Translations under genes and position numbers: made by a program
Source of the DNA: Patescibacteria group bacterium
GTDB lineage: Bacteria; Patescibacteriota; Minisyncoccia; UBA6257; 02-FULL-45-10c
Length of the DNA stretch: 64,000 nucleotides
Assembly: GCA_018896875.1 (NCBI GenBank)
Contig: JAHILT010000006.1
Span: 12,605-76,604 of the forward strand
Direction: 5' to 3'
Notes under the pieces: generated by a model
What the model saw: only the letters and a program-made list of their open reading frames with translations
What the model was told of the DNA's origin: nothing
The model's database searches: none
In this document: piece by piece, positions 32,514 through 41,233 of the stretch
Position numbering within the stretch: position 1 is the first letter of the stretch
How the letters are laid out: every line of letters begins with the position of its first letter

Positions 32514-34031
32514 ATGACAACTATTTCAAAATCTAATTATCTTCTTTATAGAGAATGTAAGAAAAATGTTTGGCTTAAAATATATAGGCCAGATATATAT
32601 AAAGAACAATCAAAATTATCTGAATTTGAGGAGGCTATAATAGAAACCGGAAACGAAGTTGAGTTATTAGCGAGAAAACTTTTTCCGACTGGAATTTTGA
32701 TTGAGGGCATAGGAGAGAAAGCACAAGAATTAACCCAACAATATATTGATAAAAAAGAGTCTATCTTATTTCAACCAATTTTCGTTAAGAGTGATTTTTT
32801 AGCAGCGGTTGATGTCTTAGAATACGACAAGCAAATTGGTGGTTATATAATATCCGAAATAAAGGCCACTAATCAGATTAAAGAAAAAAAACATTTTTAC
32901 GACTTGGCTTTTCAAGTTAATTTGCTTAGAAAATTAGATTTGGACGTTAAGAAAATAAAAATAATGCATTTGAATTCTGAATATACGCGTTCAGGAGAAT
33001 TAGACTTAAAAAATCTTTTTTTAATTGAAGATGTAACCGAGTCTGTTGAGAAAATTGTTGATGAGGTAAACGAGGAGATGGATATGGCTTTAGAATATCT
33101 TTCAAGCGACATTGAGCCAGAAGGTCCTTGTAGTTGTCTTTATAAAAGTAGGAATAACCATTGTCCTACTTTTTGCTATTCAAATCCTTGCGTTCCGAAA
33201 TATAGCATTCATGACATAGCTCGTATAGGCAATAGTAAAAAGAAAATTCAACAATTAGTTGATGCTAATATTTTTTGTATTGATGAAATTCCAGAGGATA
33301 TTAAACTTACCGATATTCAAAGAAATCAAGTTGAATCCTTTGTTTTTGATAAGATTATGGTAGAAAAAGAATCAATAGCAAGAGAACTTGAAAATTTAAT
33401 TTTTCCATTATATTTTCTAGATTACGAAACTTGCCCAACAGCAGTTCCTCGTTTTGATAGTTATTCTCCGTATCAGCAAATTCCATTTCAATATTCACTT
33501 CATAAATTAGTGGCACCCATTCGACAGGATCAGGGTGTTCTAGCTAAGCTGGAACATTTTGAATTTTTACATACCAAACCTTCCGATCCGAGCAGGGCAT
33601 TAGCAGAGACACTTCAAGAACACATCGGCAATGTGGGCACGATTATCGTGTGGAATAAAAAATTTGAATGTAAGATGAATAAAGAATTAGCGGAAAGATT
33701 GCCAGAATTTAAATTATTTATGGAATCTATAAATAGTCGAATTTATGATTTAATGGATATTTTTTCCAAACAACATTATGTTCATAAAGATTTTAAAGGG
33801 AGCACTTCAATAAAGCGTGTTTTACCAGTGCTCGCTCCAGAATTATCTTATAAAGATCTTTGTATACAAGAAGGAGGCACTGCGTCTCAGAGTTGGGACA
33901 AAATTGCTCTAAACTCTATTCCTAAAGAAGAAAAAGATAAAATAACTAAAGATTTATTGGCTTATTGTAAATTGGATACTTATGCAATGTATGCAATTTG
34001 GCGAAAAATTAATAATTTGCTAATTAAATAA
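32514..34031 (+). CDS. DUF2779-like protein: Cas4/RecB-type nuclease N-domain plus RNase H-like exonuclease C-domain
   Basis: N-terminal SKSNYLLYRECKKNVWL, Cys cluster CSCLYKSRNNHCPTFC, YFLDYET motif. The start is placed at the ATG at 32514 rather than the TTG at 32508. Confidence 0.55.
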   Translation: MTTISKSNYLLYRECKKNVWLKIYRPDIYKEQSKLSEFEEAIIETGNEVELLARKLFPTGILIEGIGEKAQELTQQYIDKKESILFQPIFVKSDFLAAVDVLEYDKQIGGYIISEIKATNQIKEKKHFYDLAFQVNLLRKLDLDVKKIKIMHLNSEYTRSGELDLKNLFLIEDVTESVEKIVDEVNEEMDMALEYLSSDIEPEGPCSCLYKSRNNHCPTFCYSNPCVPKYSIHDIARIGNSKKKIQQLVDANIFCIDEIPEDIKLTDIQRNQVESFVFDKIMVEKESIARELENLIFPLYFLDYETCPTAVPRFDSYSPYQQIPFQYSLHKLVAPIRQDQGVLAKLEHFEFLHTKPSDPSRALAETLQEHIGNVGTIIVWNKKFECKMNKELAERLPEFKLFMESINSRIYDLMDIFSKQHYVHKDFKGSTSIKRVLPVLAPELSYKDLCIQEGGTASQSWDKIALNSIPKEEKDKITKDLLAYCKLDTYAMYAIWRKINNLLIK

Positions 34032-34158
34032 ATACTGTATAAAATAAAGTAATCTTACCAAAAAAATAAAGTATTTCTCGGAACGACTAAGAGATGTTCC
34101 TTAAAACACTTTAGTTTTTTGGTAAAAATAATACTAACCAATATAATAATTATTCAAT

Positions 34159-34806
34159 ATGATAAAAAAAATATTATCAATTTTAGCACCGATTCTTTTC
34201 TTTGTTTTTATTTATTTTTACGGCGGAGATATTATGAATAAGCAAACAATTAACAATGGCGTTAACGAAAACGCTCAAACAATTAATCAACCAAAAAATA
34301 TGAATTTACCAAAACCGGATATGCAAATAGACGAGAGTAAAGTTTATAACGCTATATTAAAAACATCAGAAGGTGATATTGAAATATCCTTAAATATTAA
34401 AGATATGCCTATTACAGTAAATAATTTTGTTTATTTAGCTAAAAATAGTTTATACGAAAATACTATTTTTCATAGAATTATAAAAGGTTTTATGATTCAA
34501 GGTGGTGATCCAGAGGGAACTGGAATGGGTGGACCAGGTTATCAATTTGATGACGAGCCGTTTTCTGGGGAATATACTCGCGGAACTGTAGCGATGGCTA
34601 ACTCCGGGCCAAATACTAATGGTAGTCAATTCTTTATAATGCACGCCGACACTCCACTTCCAAAAAATTATGTAATCTTTGGACAAGTTGTTGAAGGATT
34701 GGATGTAGTAGATAAAATTGCTTCAGCTCCAGTTATTCCTTCTGGCGAAATGTCTCAGCCAGTTAAACCAGTAATTGTAAGTTCTGTTGATATAATAGAG
34801 AAGTAA
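34159..34806 (+). CDS. Cyclophilin-type peptidyl-prolyl isomerase with an N-terminal membrane anchor
   Basis: FHRIIKGFMIQGGDP and MANSGPNTNGSQFFI motifs. Confidence 0.9.
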   Translation: MIKKILSILAPILFFVFIYFYGGDIMNKQTINNGVNENAQTINQPKNMNLPKPDMQIDESKVYNAILKTSEGDIEISLNIKDMPITVNNFVYLAKNSLYENTIFHRIIKGFMIQGGDPEGTGMGGPGYQFDDEPFSGEYTRGTVAMANSGPNTNGSQFFIMHADTPLPKNYVIFGQVVEGLDVVDKIASAPVIPSGEMSQPVKPVIVSSVDIIEK

Positions 34807-34825
34807 ATCAAAAATATTTGCTAAA

Positions 34826-34852
34826 ACAGCCTAAATACCCTAGGCTGTTTTT
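34826..34852 (+). terminator. Intrinsic terminator
   Basis: ACAGCCT-AAATACCCT-AGGCTGT followed by TTTT. Confidence 0.7.
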
Positions 34853-34880
34853 AGTTGTTTAAAAACTTCGGAGGTGTTTT

Positions 34881-35495
34881 ATGAAAATAATAAAAGCTTA
34901 TTTTGTAATTGAAGATGAATTGAATGGAGAAAGATTTTTAAAATCTTTAGAAAAATATGGACGAGTTTGTTACAAAAGCGAGACCAATATAACTTTAGAT
35001 TCGGCTAAAAAATTTATAGCCAACATTCTTAAAAATCATCACGAATCAGTAATAGAACATGAAAAGGTAACTGTGCGGATTGTTTGTGATCGTGGTGTAA
35101 CTCATGAAATAGTGCGTCACAGACTTGGTTCTTATAGTCAGGAATCTACTCGTTATTGTGATTACCAAAAATCTGGCGAGGTAGTTTTCATAAAACCGTG
35201 TTTTTGGGGAAAAGACGATTCTGGATATTTAATCTGGGAGAAGTCTATGAAAGAAGCTGAACAGAAATACAACGAATTAAGAAAACTTGGTGCTACTCCT
35301 CAGGAAGCACGTTCTGTTCTTCCTAATTCTCTTAAGACCGAAATTATCGTTACTTATAATCTAAGAGAATGGCGTCATTTTTTCAAACTTCGTTGCTCAA
35401 CAAAAGCACATCCTCAAATGAGAGAGGTAGCAATATCTCTTTTGGCAGAATTCAGAAAAATAATTCCGATTATATTTGATGATATATCAGTATAA
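34881..35495 (+). CDS. thyX: FAD-dependent thymidylate synthase ThyX (SD-led)
   Basis: ThyX motif RHRLGSYSQESTRY. SD GGAGGTG at 34870-34876. Confidence 0.9.
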   Translation: MKIIKAYFVIEDELNGERFLKSLEKYGRVCYKSETNITLDSAKKFIANILKNHHESVIEHEKVTVRIVCDRGVTHEIVRHRLGSYSQESTRYCDYQKSGEVVFIKPCFWGKDDSGYLIWEKSMKEAEQKYNELRKLGATPQEARSVLPNSLKTEIIVTYNLREWRHFFKLRCSTKAHPQMREVAISLLAEFRKIIPIIFDDISV

Positions 35496-35507
35496 TAGTA
35501 AAACCAT

Positions 35508-35535
35508 AAAGCCCCCGTTCGCGGGGGCTTTTTTA
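35508..35535 (+). terminator. Intrinsic terminator
   Basis: GCCCCCG-TTCG-CGGGGGC plus T6. Confidence 0.9.
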
Positions 35536-35557
35536 TAAATTAAGGCTATTTCAAACC

Positions 35558-35592
35558 ATTTCCAACGGCTCATATATTGAGCCGTTAGGAAT
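35558..35592. repeat. REP-like hairpin, copy 2
   Basis: ATTTCCAACGGCTCA-TATAT-TGAGCCGTTAGGAAT. One bulged A relative to the copy at 21270-21316. Confidence 0.85.
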
Positions 35593-35636
35593 TTTAATAA
35601 AATCTTGATTATTTGGTATAATAAGCATGGAATGAA

Positions 35637-35766
35637 TCCCCCACATAATTAAGACTGATAAAGTATAAATACTAGATGATGTAAAATTAATGAGTAAGTC
35701 GTAAAAAAATAATTTAATGATATTGATTATGAAAGTTTCACTTTCTGGTCTTTGTTATGTGGGGGA
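35637..35766 (+). mobile_element. MITE-like inverted-repeat element, copy B
   Basis: TCCCCCACATAATTAAGAC ... GTCTTTGTTATGTGGGGGA. Flanked by ATGAA on both sides (35632-35636 and 35766-35770). Confidence 0.85.
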
Positions 35767-37049
35767 TGAAAATAAAAAATTTTAAAAAATTAGCGACATC
35801 TAAAGATAGAAAAAAAGTGCTTGAAATTATTGAGAGCGGCTTAAATGCTATTGATACAAGAAAGGCAGTTTTGAATTCTATCAGAATTAAAAATGAAAAA
35901 TTATTAGTAAATAATCATTCTTTTTCTTTAAAAAATGCCAAGAAGATTTTAATTATTGGAATCGGAAAATGTTCTTTAGAAGCAGGTTCGGCTATGGAAA
36001 AGATTTTAGGAAAAAGATTGACTGGCGGAATTGTATTGGATGTGCATGAAGGAAAATTAAAAAAATTAAAAACTTTTACAGGCGATCATCCTTTGATGTC
36101 TCCTCGTAATGTGGATGCTACAAAGAAAATTATTAAATCTCTTTTTGGTCTTACCGAACAAGATTTAGTTATTTTTATAATTTCTGGCGGTGGCTCAGCG
36201 TTACTTTGCCAGCCAAAAGGTTTTACGTGTTTTGAAGAATCAGCAGTGGTTGAAGCTTTAATGCATTCTGGGGCAGATATTTACGAAGTGAATACAGTTA
36301 GAAAACATTTGTCTTTAGCCCGTGGCGGATTTTTGGCTAAGTACGCTTATCCAGCTCGTGTTGTTTCTTTGATTTTTTCTGACGTAGTAGGGGATAATCT
36401 TGAATTTATAGCTTCTGGTCCGACTATTAAAGACACCACTACTATAGAACAAGCTATGGACGTTCTTAAAAAATACAATATTTATGAAAAATGTAATTTT
36501 CCACCATTGAATCTTGTTGAAACTCCAAAAGATGATAAATATTTTGAACAAAACAGAAATGTTTTATTCGTTTCTAGCCAGACTGCTCTTGAAGCTATGG
36601 CAGAAAAATCTAGGGAATTAGGTTATTTACCTAAAATTCGTAAAAATGATTTAACAGGCGAAGCCAAAGAGGTTGCTAAAGAAATTATTGAGGAATTGTC
36701 CCAAGAAAACTCAGGAACTGTCTTATTATATGGAGGAGAAACAACTGTAAAAATCACAGGGAAGGGCAAAGGAGGAAGAAATCAAGAAATGTCTCTTTCT
36801 AGTTTGAGGTTTATAAAAGATAATCAAATCCTAGTTTCTTTTGCGTCAGATGGACGAGACAATTCTGATAATGCTGGCGGTATTTGTGATATAATTACTA
36901 AGAAAAAAGCTTTAAAGAAAAATCTAAATATAGAAAAGTATTTAAAAAATAACGATTCATATAATTTCTTTAAAGAAATTGGCGATTTTTTAAACACAGG
37001 AGATACTGGTTCTAATGTGGCAGACATTATAATCGCGATTAATAATTAA
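35766..37049 (+). CDS. Glycerate kinase (DUF4147/MOFRL-type glycerate 2-kinase)
   Basis: Typical MOFRL-family pattern: IIGIGKCS, ISGGGSALL and GGETTV...GKGGRNQE. The start is moved to the ATG at 35766, outside the repeat. Confidence 0.75.
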   Translation: MKIKNFKKLATSKDRKKVLEIIESGLNAIDTRKAVLNSIRIKNEKLLVNNHSFSLKNAKKILIIGIGKCSLEAGSAMEKILGKRLTGGIVLDVHEGKLKKLKTFTGDHPLMSPRNVDATKKIIKSLFGLTEQDLVIFIISGGGSALLCQPKGFTCFEESAVVEALMHSGADIYEVNTVRKHLSLARGGFLAKYAYPARVVSLIFSDVVGDNLEFIASGPTIKDTTTIEQAMDVLKKYNIYEKCNFPPLNLVETPKDDKYFEQNRNVLFVSSQTALEAMAEKSRELGYLPKIRKNDLTGEAKEVAKEIIEELSQENSGTVLLYGGETTVKITGKGKGGRNQEMSLSSLRFIKDNQILVSFASDGRDNSDNAGGICDIITKKKALKKNLNIEKYLKNNDSYNFFKEIGDFLNTGDTGSNVADIIIAINN

Positions 37050-37065
37050 AAAAAATAATAAAAAA

Positions 37066-39519
37066 ATGGGGATGAAAAGAGAAAAAAAATTTGTTTTATG
37101 GTTTGAAGAATTAGGAATTAATGATATTCCTTTGGTTGGCGGAAAAAATGCGGCGATCGGAGAGATGTATTCAAATTTAGTCCCGCTTGGAATTGGTATT
37201 CCAAATGGGTTTGCTTTGACAGCTTATGCTTATAGATTTTTTTTCGAAAAGACTGGACTAGACGATAAGATTAAAGAAGTTTTATCAGATCTTAATACGC
37301 ACGATATTAGAAATTTACGAGCAAGAGGAGCGAGTTGCAGAAAAGCTATTTTGTCTACTGAATTACCTATTGAGATTAAAAAAATATTAGCTCTTACTTA
37401 TAAACAACTAGAAAAAAAATATGGGAAGCGAGTAGATGTGGCTGTTCGTTCTTCTGCTACTGCAGAAGATTTGCCCGATGCTTCTTTCGCTGGACAACAA
37501 GAAACCTTTTTAAATATTTCAGGAGAGGAGGCACTAGAGGAAGCCGTTCATAAGTGTATAGCTTCTTTATTTACAGACAGAGCTATTTCGTATAGAACAG
37601 ATAAAGGTTTTTGTCATTTTGACACAGCGCTTTCTGTTGGTGTTCAAAAAATGGTGCGTTCTGATTTAGCTAGTAGCGGAGTTATTTTTACTCTAGATAC
37701 AGAATCAGGATTTGATAAAGTTGTGGTTATTAATAGTGTCTATGGTTTAGGGGAAATGATTGTTCAAGGACGAGTTATACCAGATGAATTTATAGTTTTT
37801 AAACCTACGCTTGAGAAAGGATTTAAATCTATTATTGCTCAAGATCTAGGAGTTAAGGACAAGAAAATGGTTTACGCTTCTAAAGAAACAAAAGTTGTTG
37901 ATGTCAGCAAAAAAGATCAAGAAGCTTTTTCTTTAACCAATCAAGAAGTTTTAAAATTAGCGGATTGGTCTGTGAAAGTTGAAAAACATTTTTCTGCAAA
38001 AAAAGGAAAATATCAAGCTATGGATATTGAATGGGCGAAGGATGGAAAAACTCAAAAATTATTTATAGTGCAAGCTAGACCAGAAACAGTGCATTCTTCT
38101 AAAGACCCGAATGTTTATCAAGAATTTAAATTAAAAAAGACAGGCAAATTACTGTTTTCTGGAATAGCTGTTGGTAAAAAAATAGCATCAGGAAAAGTGC
38201 GGGTAATCAAAGATACTAAAAATATGTTGCAGTTTAAAAAAGGAGAAATTTTAGTTACTGAAATAACTGATCCTGATTGGGAGCCAATTATGAAAATTGC
38301 TTCAGCTATTATTACTGACAAAGGTGGACGTACTAGTCATGCTGCAATTGTTTCACGTGAATTGGGAATTCCTTGCATTGTTGGATCTGAAAAAGCGACA
38401 AGGCTTTTGAAGGATGGAGTGGAAATTACAGTTGATTGTGCTTCTAGCGAAGAGGGAAGAATTTATAAAGGAAAATTACCTTTTATCATTAATAAGCAAA
38501 GATTAAACAAAATTCCAAAAATAAAGACCAAGGTAATGCTTAATATTGGTTCTCCTGGCGAAGCTTTTAAAAATAGTCATTTGCCTGTAAGCGGAGTTGG
38601 TTTAGGCAGATTGGAGTTTATTATAGCTTCTCATATCGGCATACATCCTAATGCTTTGATTAATTATCAAAAAATTAAAAAACAAAAAAATACTGAAGCA
38701 AGAAAGATTATTAAAGAAATAGACAAAAGAACACCTAGCTATAAAATCAAATCAGATTTTTATATTGATGAATTAGCGGAAGGTATTGCTAAAATTGCTG
38801 CTGCTTTTTGGCCTAATGATGTAATCATTAGATTTTCTGATTTTAAAACTAATGAATATAGTAAACTCGTGGGCGGAAGCTTATATGAACCACAGGAAGA
38901 AAATCCTATGATTGGCTGGAGAGGTGCGTCTCGTTATTATGATCCAAAATTTAAAGAAGCTTTTGGTTTGGAATGTAAGGCCTTTAAAAAAGTCCGTGAA
39001 GTTATGGGGTTGGTTAATATAGTACCTATGGTTCCTTTCTGTAGAACGCCAGAAGAGGGGCAGAAAGTTCTTGGTGTTATGAAAGAGTACGGGCTTTCTC
39101 GTAGTCCGCGTCAGTCAGCGTCTAGTCTGCGTAAGTCTGCGCTTGAGGGACTCAAAGTATATGTGATGTGCGAGATACCATCTAATATTCTTTTAGCTGA
39201 TGAATTTTTGGAAATTTTTGATGGAATGTCTATAGGTTCAAATGATTTAACTCAATTAGTTTTAGGAATGGACAGAGACTCTGGTGTCATTACACATATT
39301 GCTAATGAGAATAACGAAGCGGTGAAAAAAATGGTTGCGGATATTATTACTAAATGTACAGCGAAGAAAAAGTATATTGGTATTTGTGGACAGGCTCCTT
39401 CCGACTATCCTGAATTTACTGCGTTTTTAGTAGAAAAAGGAATAGAAAGTATATCTTTAACTCCTGATACAATTATCAAAAACATTTTAATGATTGCGGA
39501 AAAAGAAAAAGGAAAATAA
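37066..39519 (+). CDS. ppsA: Phosphoenolpyruvate synthase (pyruvate, water dikinase)
   Basis: VAVRSSATAEDLP, phospho-His loop GGRTSHAAIVSRELGIPC, and a C-terminal PEP-utilising TIM domain (GSNDLTQ). Confidence 0.9.
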   Translation: MGMKREKKFVLWFEELGINDIPLVGGKNAAIGEMYSNLVPLGIGIPNGFALTAYAYRFFFEKTGLDDKIKEVLSDLNTHDIRNLRARGASCRKAILSTELPIEIKKILALTYKQLEKKYGKRVDVAVRSSATAEDLPDASFAGQQETFLNISGEEALEEAVHKCIASLFTDRAISYRTDKGFCHFDTALSVGVQKMVRSDLASSGVIFTLDTESGFDKVVVINSVYGLGEMIVQGRVIPDEFIVFKPTLEKGFKSIIAQDLGVKDKKMVYASKETKVVDVSKKDQEAFSLTNQEVLKLADWSVKVEKHFSAKKGKYQAMDIEWAKDGKTQKLFIVQARPETVHSSKDPNVYQEFKLKKTGKLLFSGIAVGKKIASGKVRVIKDTKNMLQFKKGEILVTEITDPDWEPIMKIASAIITDKGGRTSHAAIVSRELGIPCIVGSEKATRLLKDGVEITVDCASSEEGRIYKGKLPFIINKQRLNKIPKIKTKVMLNIGSPGEAFKNSHLPVSGVGLGRLEFIIASHIGIHPNALINYQKIKKQKNTEARKIIKEIDKRTPSYKIKSDFYIDELAEGIAKIAAAFWPNDVIIRFSDFKTNEYSKLVGGSLYEPQEENPMIGWRGASRYYDPKFKEAFGLECKAFKKVREVMGLVNIVPMVPFCRTPEEGQKVLGVMKEYGLSRSPRQSASSLRKSALEGLKVYVMCEIPSNILLADEFLEIFDGMSIGSNDLTQLVLGMDRDSGVITHIANENNEAVKKMVADIITKCTAKKKYIGICGQAPSDYPEFTAFLVEKGIESISLTPDTIIKNILMIAEKEKGK
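39101..39142. repeat. Four tandem 10-nt units AGTC[C/A/T]GCG.. inside ppsA
   Basis: AGTCCGCG at 39103, AGTCAGCG at 39113, AGTCTGCG at 39123 and AGTCTGCG at 39133. Exact 10-nt period. Translated as SPRQSASSLRKSA. Confidence 0.9.
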
Positions 39520-39647
39520 AAAATTAACCTTGTTTTTCCCTGGTGCTTTGCTAGGCTTATCAATATAAGTTGTTCTTTGATTTTAAAAATATAAAAGGTC
39601 GCCTACTCCGTCAACTGGCGGATATGGCGAACTAAAGGAGGCGCTAT

Positions 39648-40034
39648 ATGGATGAGCAGACACGACAGTCAATTTGTAAAATAATACAAATTACAGAAAT
39701 GACTCGGAAGGGTCAAGTGATTTGGCATAAAAAACCAAAAAGCATGTTACTAACCGATTCTTTTCGAATCGTGCATTGGGTGAATCCAAACAAACACTAC
39801 AAAGATGTTTATCTTGGATTAGAAACAAAAAAGAACATTCTTTGTATGGTAATAGAAGACTATAAATTGCATAATGACAAAAACTATATAAACGCCGAAG
39901 GTCAGGCAAAGAAATTAATGAAAAAACTTTTTTGTCTTGTGGAAAAGAGAGTAATAGAAAGAAAAATTTGCCAAAAATGTAAAGAAATAAGAATGCTTTT
40001 AAAACTAAGAAGAGACAAAGGATTTAGTAGGTAG
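39648..40034 (+). CDS. Hypothetical protein (SD-led orphan)
   Basis: SD AAGGAGG at 39635-39641. Has its own GC-rich terminator. No recognisable domain. Confidence 0.45.
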   Translation: MDEQTRQSICKIIQITEMTRKGQVIWHKKPKSMLLTDSFRIVHWVNPNKHYKDVYLGLETKKNILCMVIEDYKLHNDKNYINAEGQAKKLMKKLFCLVEKRVIERKICQKCKEIRMLLKLRRDKGFSR

Positions 40035-40096
40035 TTCTTTAGTATTTTTAGCTAATCATATTACAAGTGAACCACAACATTTCAAATTGCTTTTCG

Positions 40097-40133
40097 CCCC
40101 CACACTTATATTAAGTGTGGGGGTTTATTTTTT
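40097..40133 (+). terminator. Intrinsic terminator with MITE-like arms
   Basis: CCCCCACACTTA-TAT-TAAGTGTGGGGG followed by TTTATTTTTT. Confidence 0.9.
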
Positions 40134-40207
40134 ATCCTCCCGAACATTCGCCCTAGGCGAATGTTTTAGGGTATAATTAAAAATAATTATCATTAATTTA
40201 CATAAAT

Positions 40208-41215
40208 ATGAAAATAGCATTTTTTGAATTAAAAGATTGGGAAGAAGAAATTGTTAAGCAAAAATTTTCTGAAGACGATTTATTTTTTAGTAAGGAAAAA
40301 TTAGAATCATTTAATATTCCTTCTCAAAAAGATTTTGATATAATTTCTGTTTTTGTAGGTTCGGTTTTAGATAAAGAAATGTTAAGTAATTTTCCTAACT
40401 TGAAATTTGTAGCGACTCGCTCAACCGGCTTTGATCATATTGATTTAGCTTATTGTAAGAAAAAAGGAATTAAGGTTGGTTATGTTCCAGGTTATGGCGT
40501 GAACACTGTGGCTGAATATGCCTTTGGTTTGATTTTAAATTTAACTAGAAAGATTTATCAGAGCATAGATCAAATAAAAGAACACGGAGATTTTTCCTTA
40601 GAAGGTCTTCAAGGAGTAGACATAAAAGGGAAAACTTTAGGAATTATAGGTACTGGACGAATAGGGAAAGAGTCTATAAAAATTGCTAATGGTTTTGGAA
40701 TGAATATTATCGCCTACGATCTTCATCCAAATGAAACACATGCCGTTGAGCAAAATTACAAATATGTATCCCTAGAAGATTTATTAAAAAATTCTGATAT
40801 TATTACCATTCACGCTCCCTATACCAAAGAAACACATTATTTAATTAATGAAGATAATTTTCAACTTATTAAAAAAGGTGCTTTTTTAGTTAATACTGCT
40901 CGTGGAGCAATCGTGCAAACAGAAGCTTTAATAGTTGCTTTAAAATCTGGAAATTTGGCTGGTTATGCCACTGATGTTCTAGAAGACGAAGGTGAAGTAA
41001 AAGATGAATTAAATTATCTTACCAAGACTAGACTTAAAGATGATGTAATTAAGAACATGCTTTATAATCATATTTTGATGGAAATGCCTAACGTTCTCAT
41101 AACTCCGCATAATGCTTTTAATTCCATAGAGGCCCTACAGAGAATTTTGAACACAACTATGGAAAATATTAAAGGATTTCAGTCTGACGGACAGTTTGCG
41201 GAAGTAAAATCTTAA
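40208..41215 (+). CDS. D-isomer-specific 2-hydroxyacid dehydrogenase (glycerate/lactate dehydrogenase-like)
   Basis: NAD fold GIIGTGRIG, catalytic-region NTARG...D...PH pattern. Confidence 0.8.
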   Translation: MKIAFFELKDWEEEIVKQKFSEDDLFFSKEKLESFNIPSQKDFDIISVFVGSVLDKEMLSNFPNLKFVATRSTGFDHIDLAYCKKKGIKVGYVPGYGVNTVAEYAFGLILNLTRKIYQSIDQIKEHGDFSLEGLQGVDIKGKTLGIIGTGRIGKESIKIANGFGMNIIAYDLHPNETHAVEQNYKYVSLEDLLKNSDIITIHAPYTKETHYLINEDNFQLIKKGAFLVNTARGAIVQTEALIVALKSGNLAGYATDVLEDEGEVKDELNYLTKTRLKDDVIKNMLYNHILMEMPNVLITPHNAFNSIEALQRILNTTMENIKGFQSDGQFAEVKS

Positions 41216-41233
41216 ATTATTAAATTATCCAAT

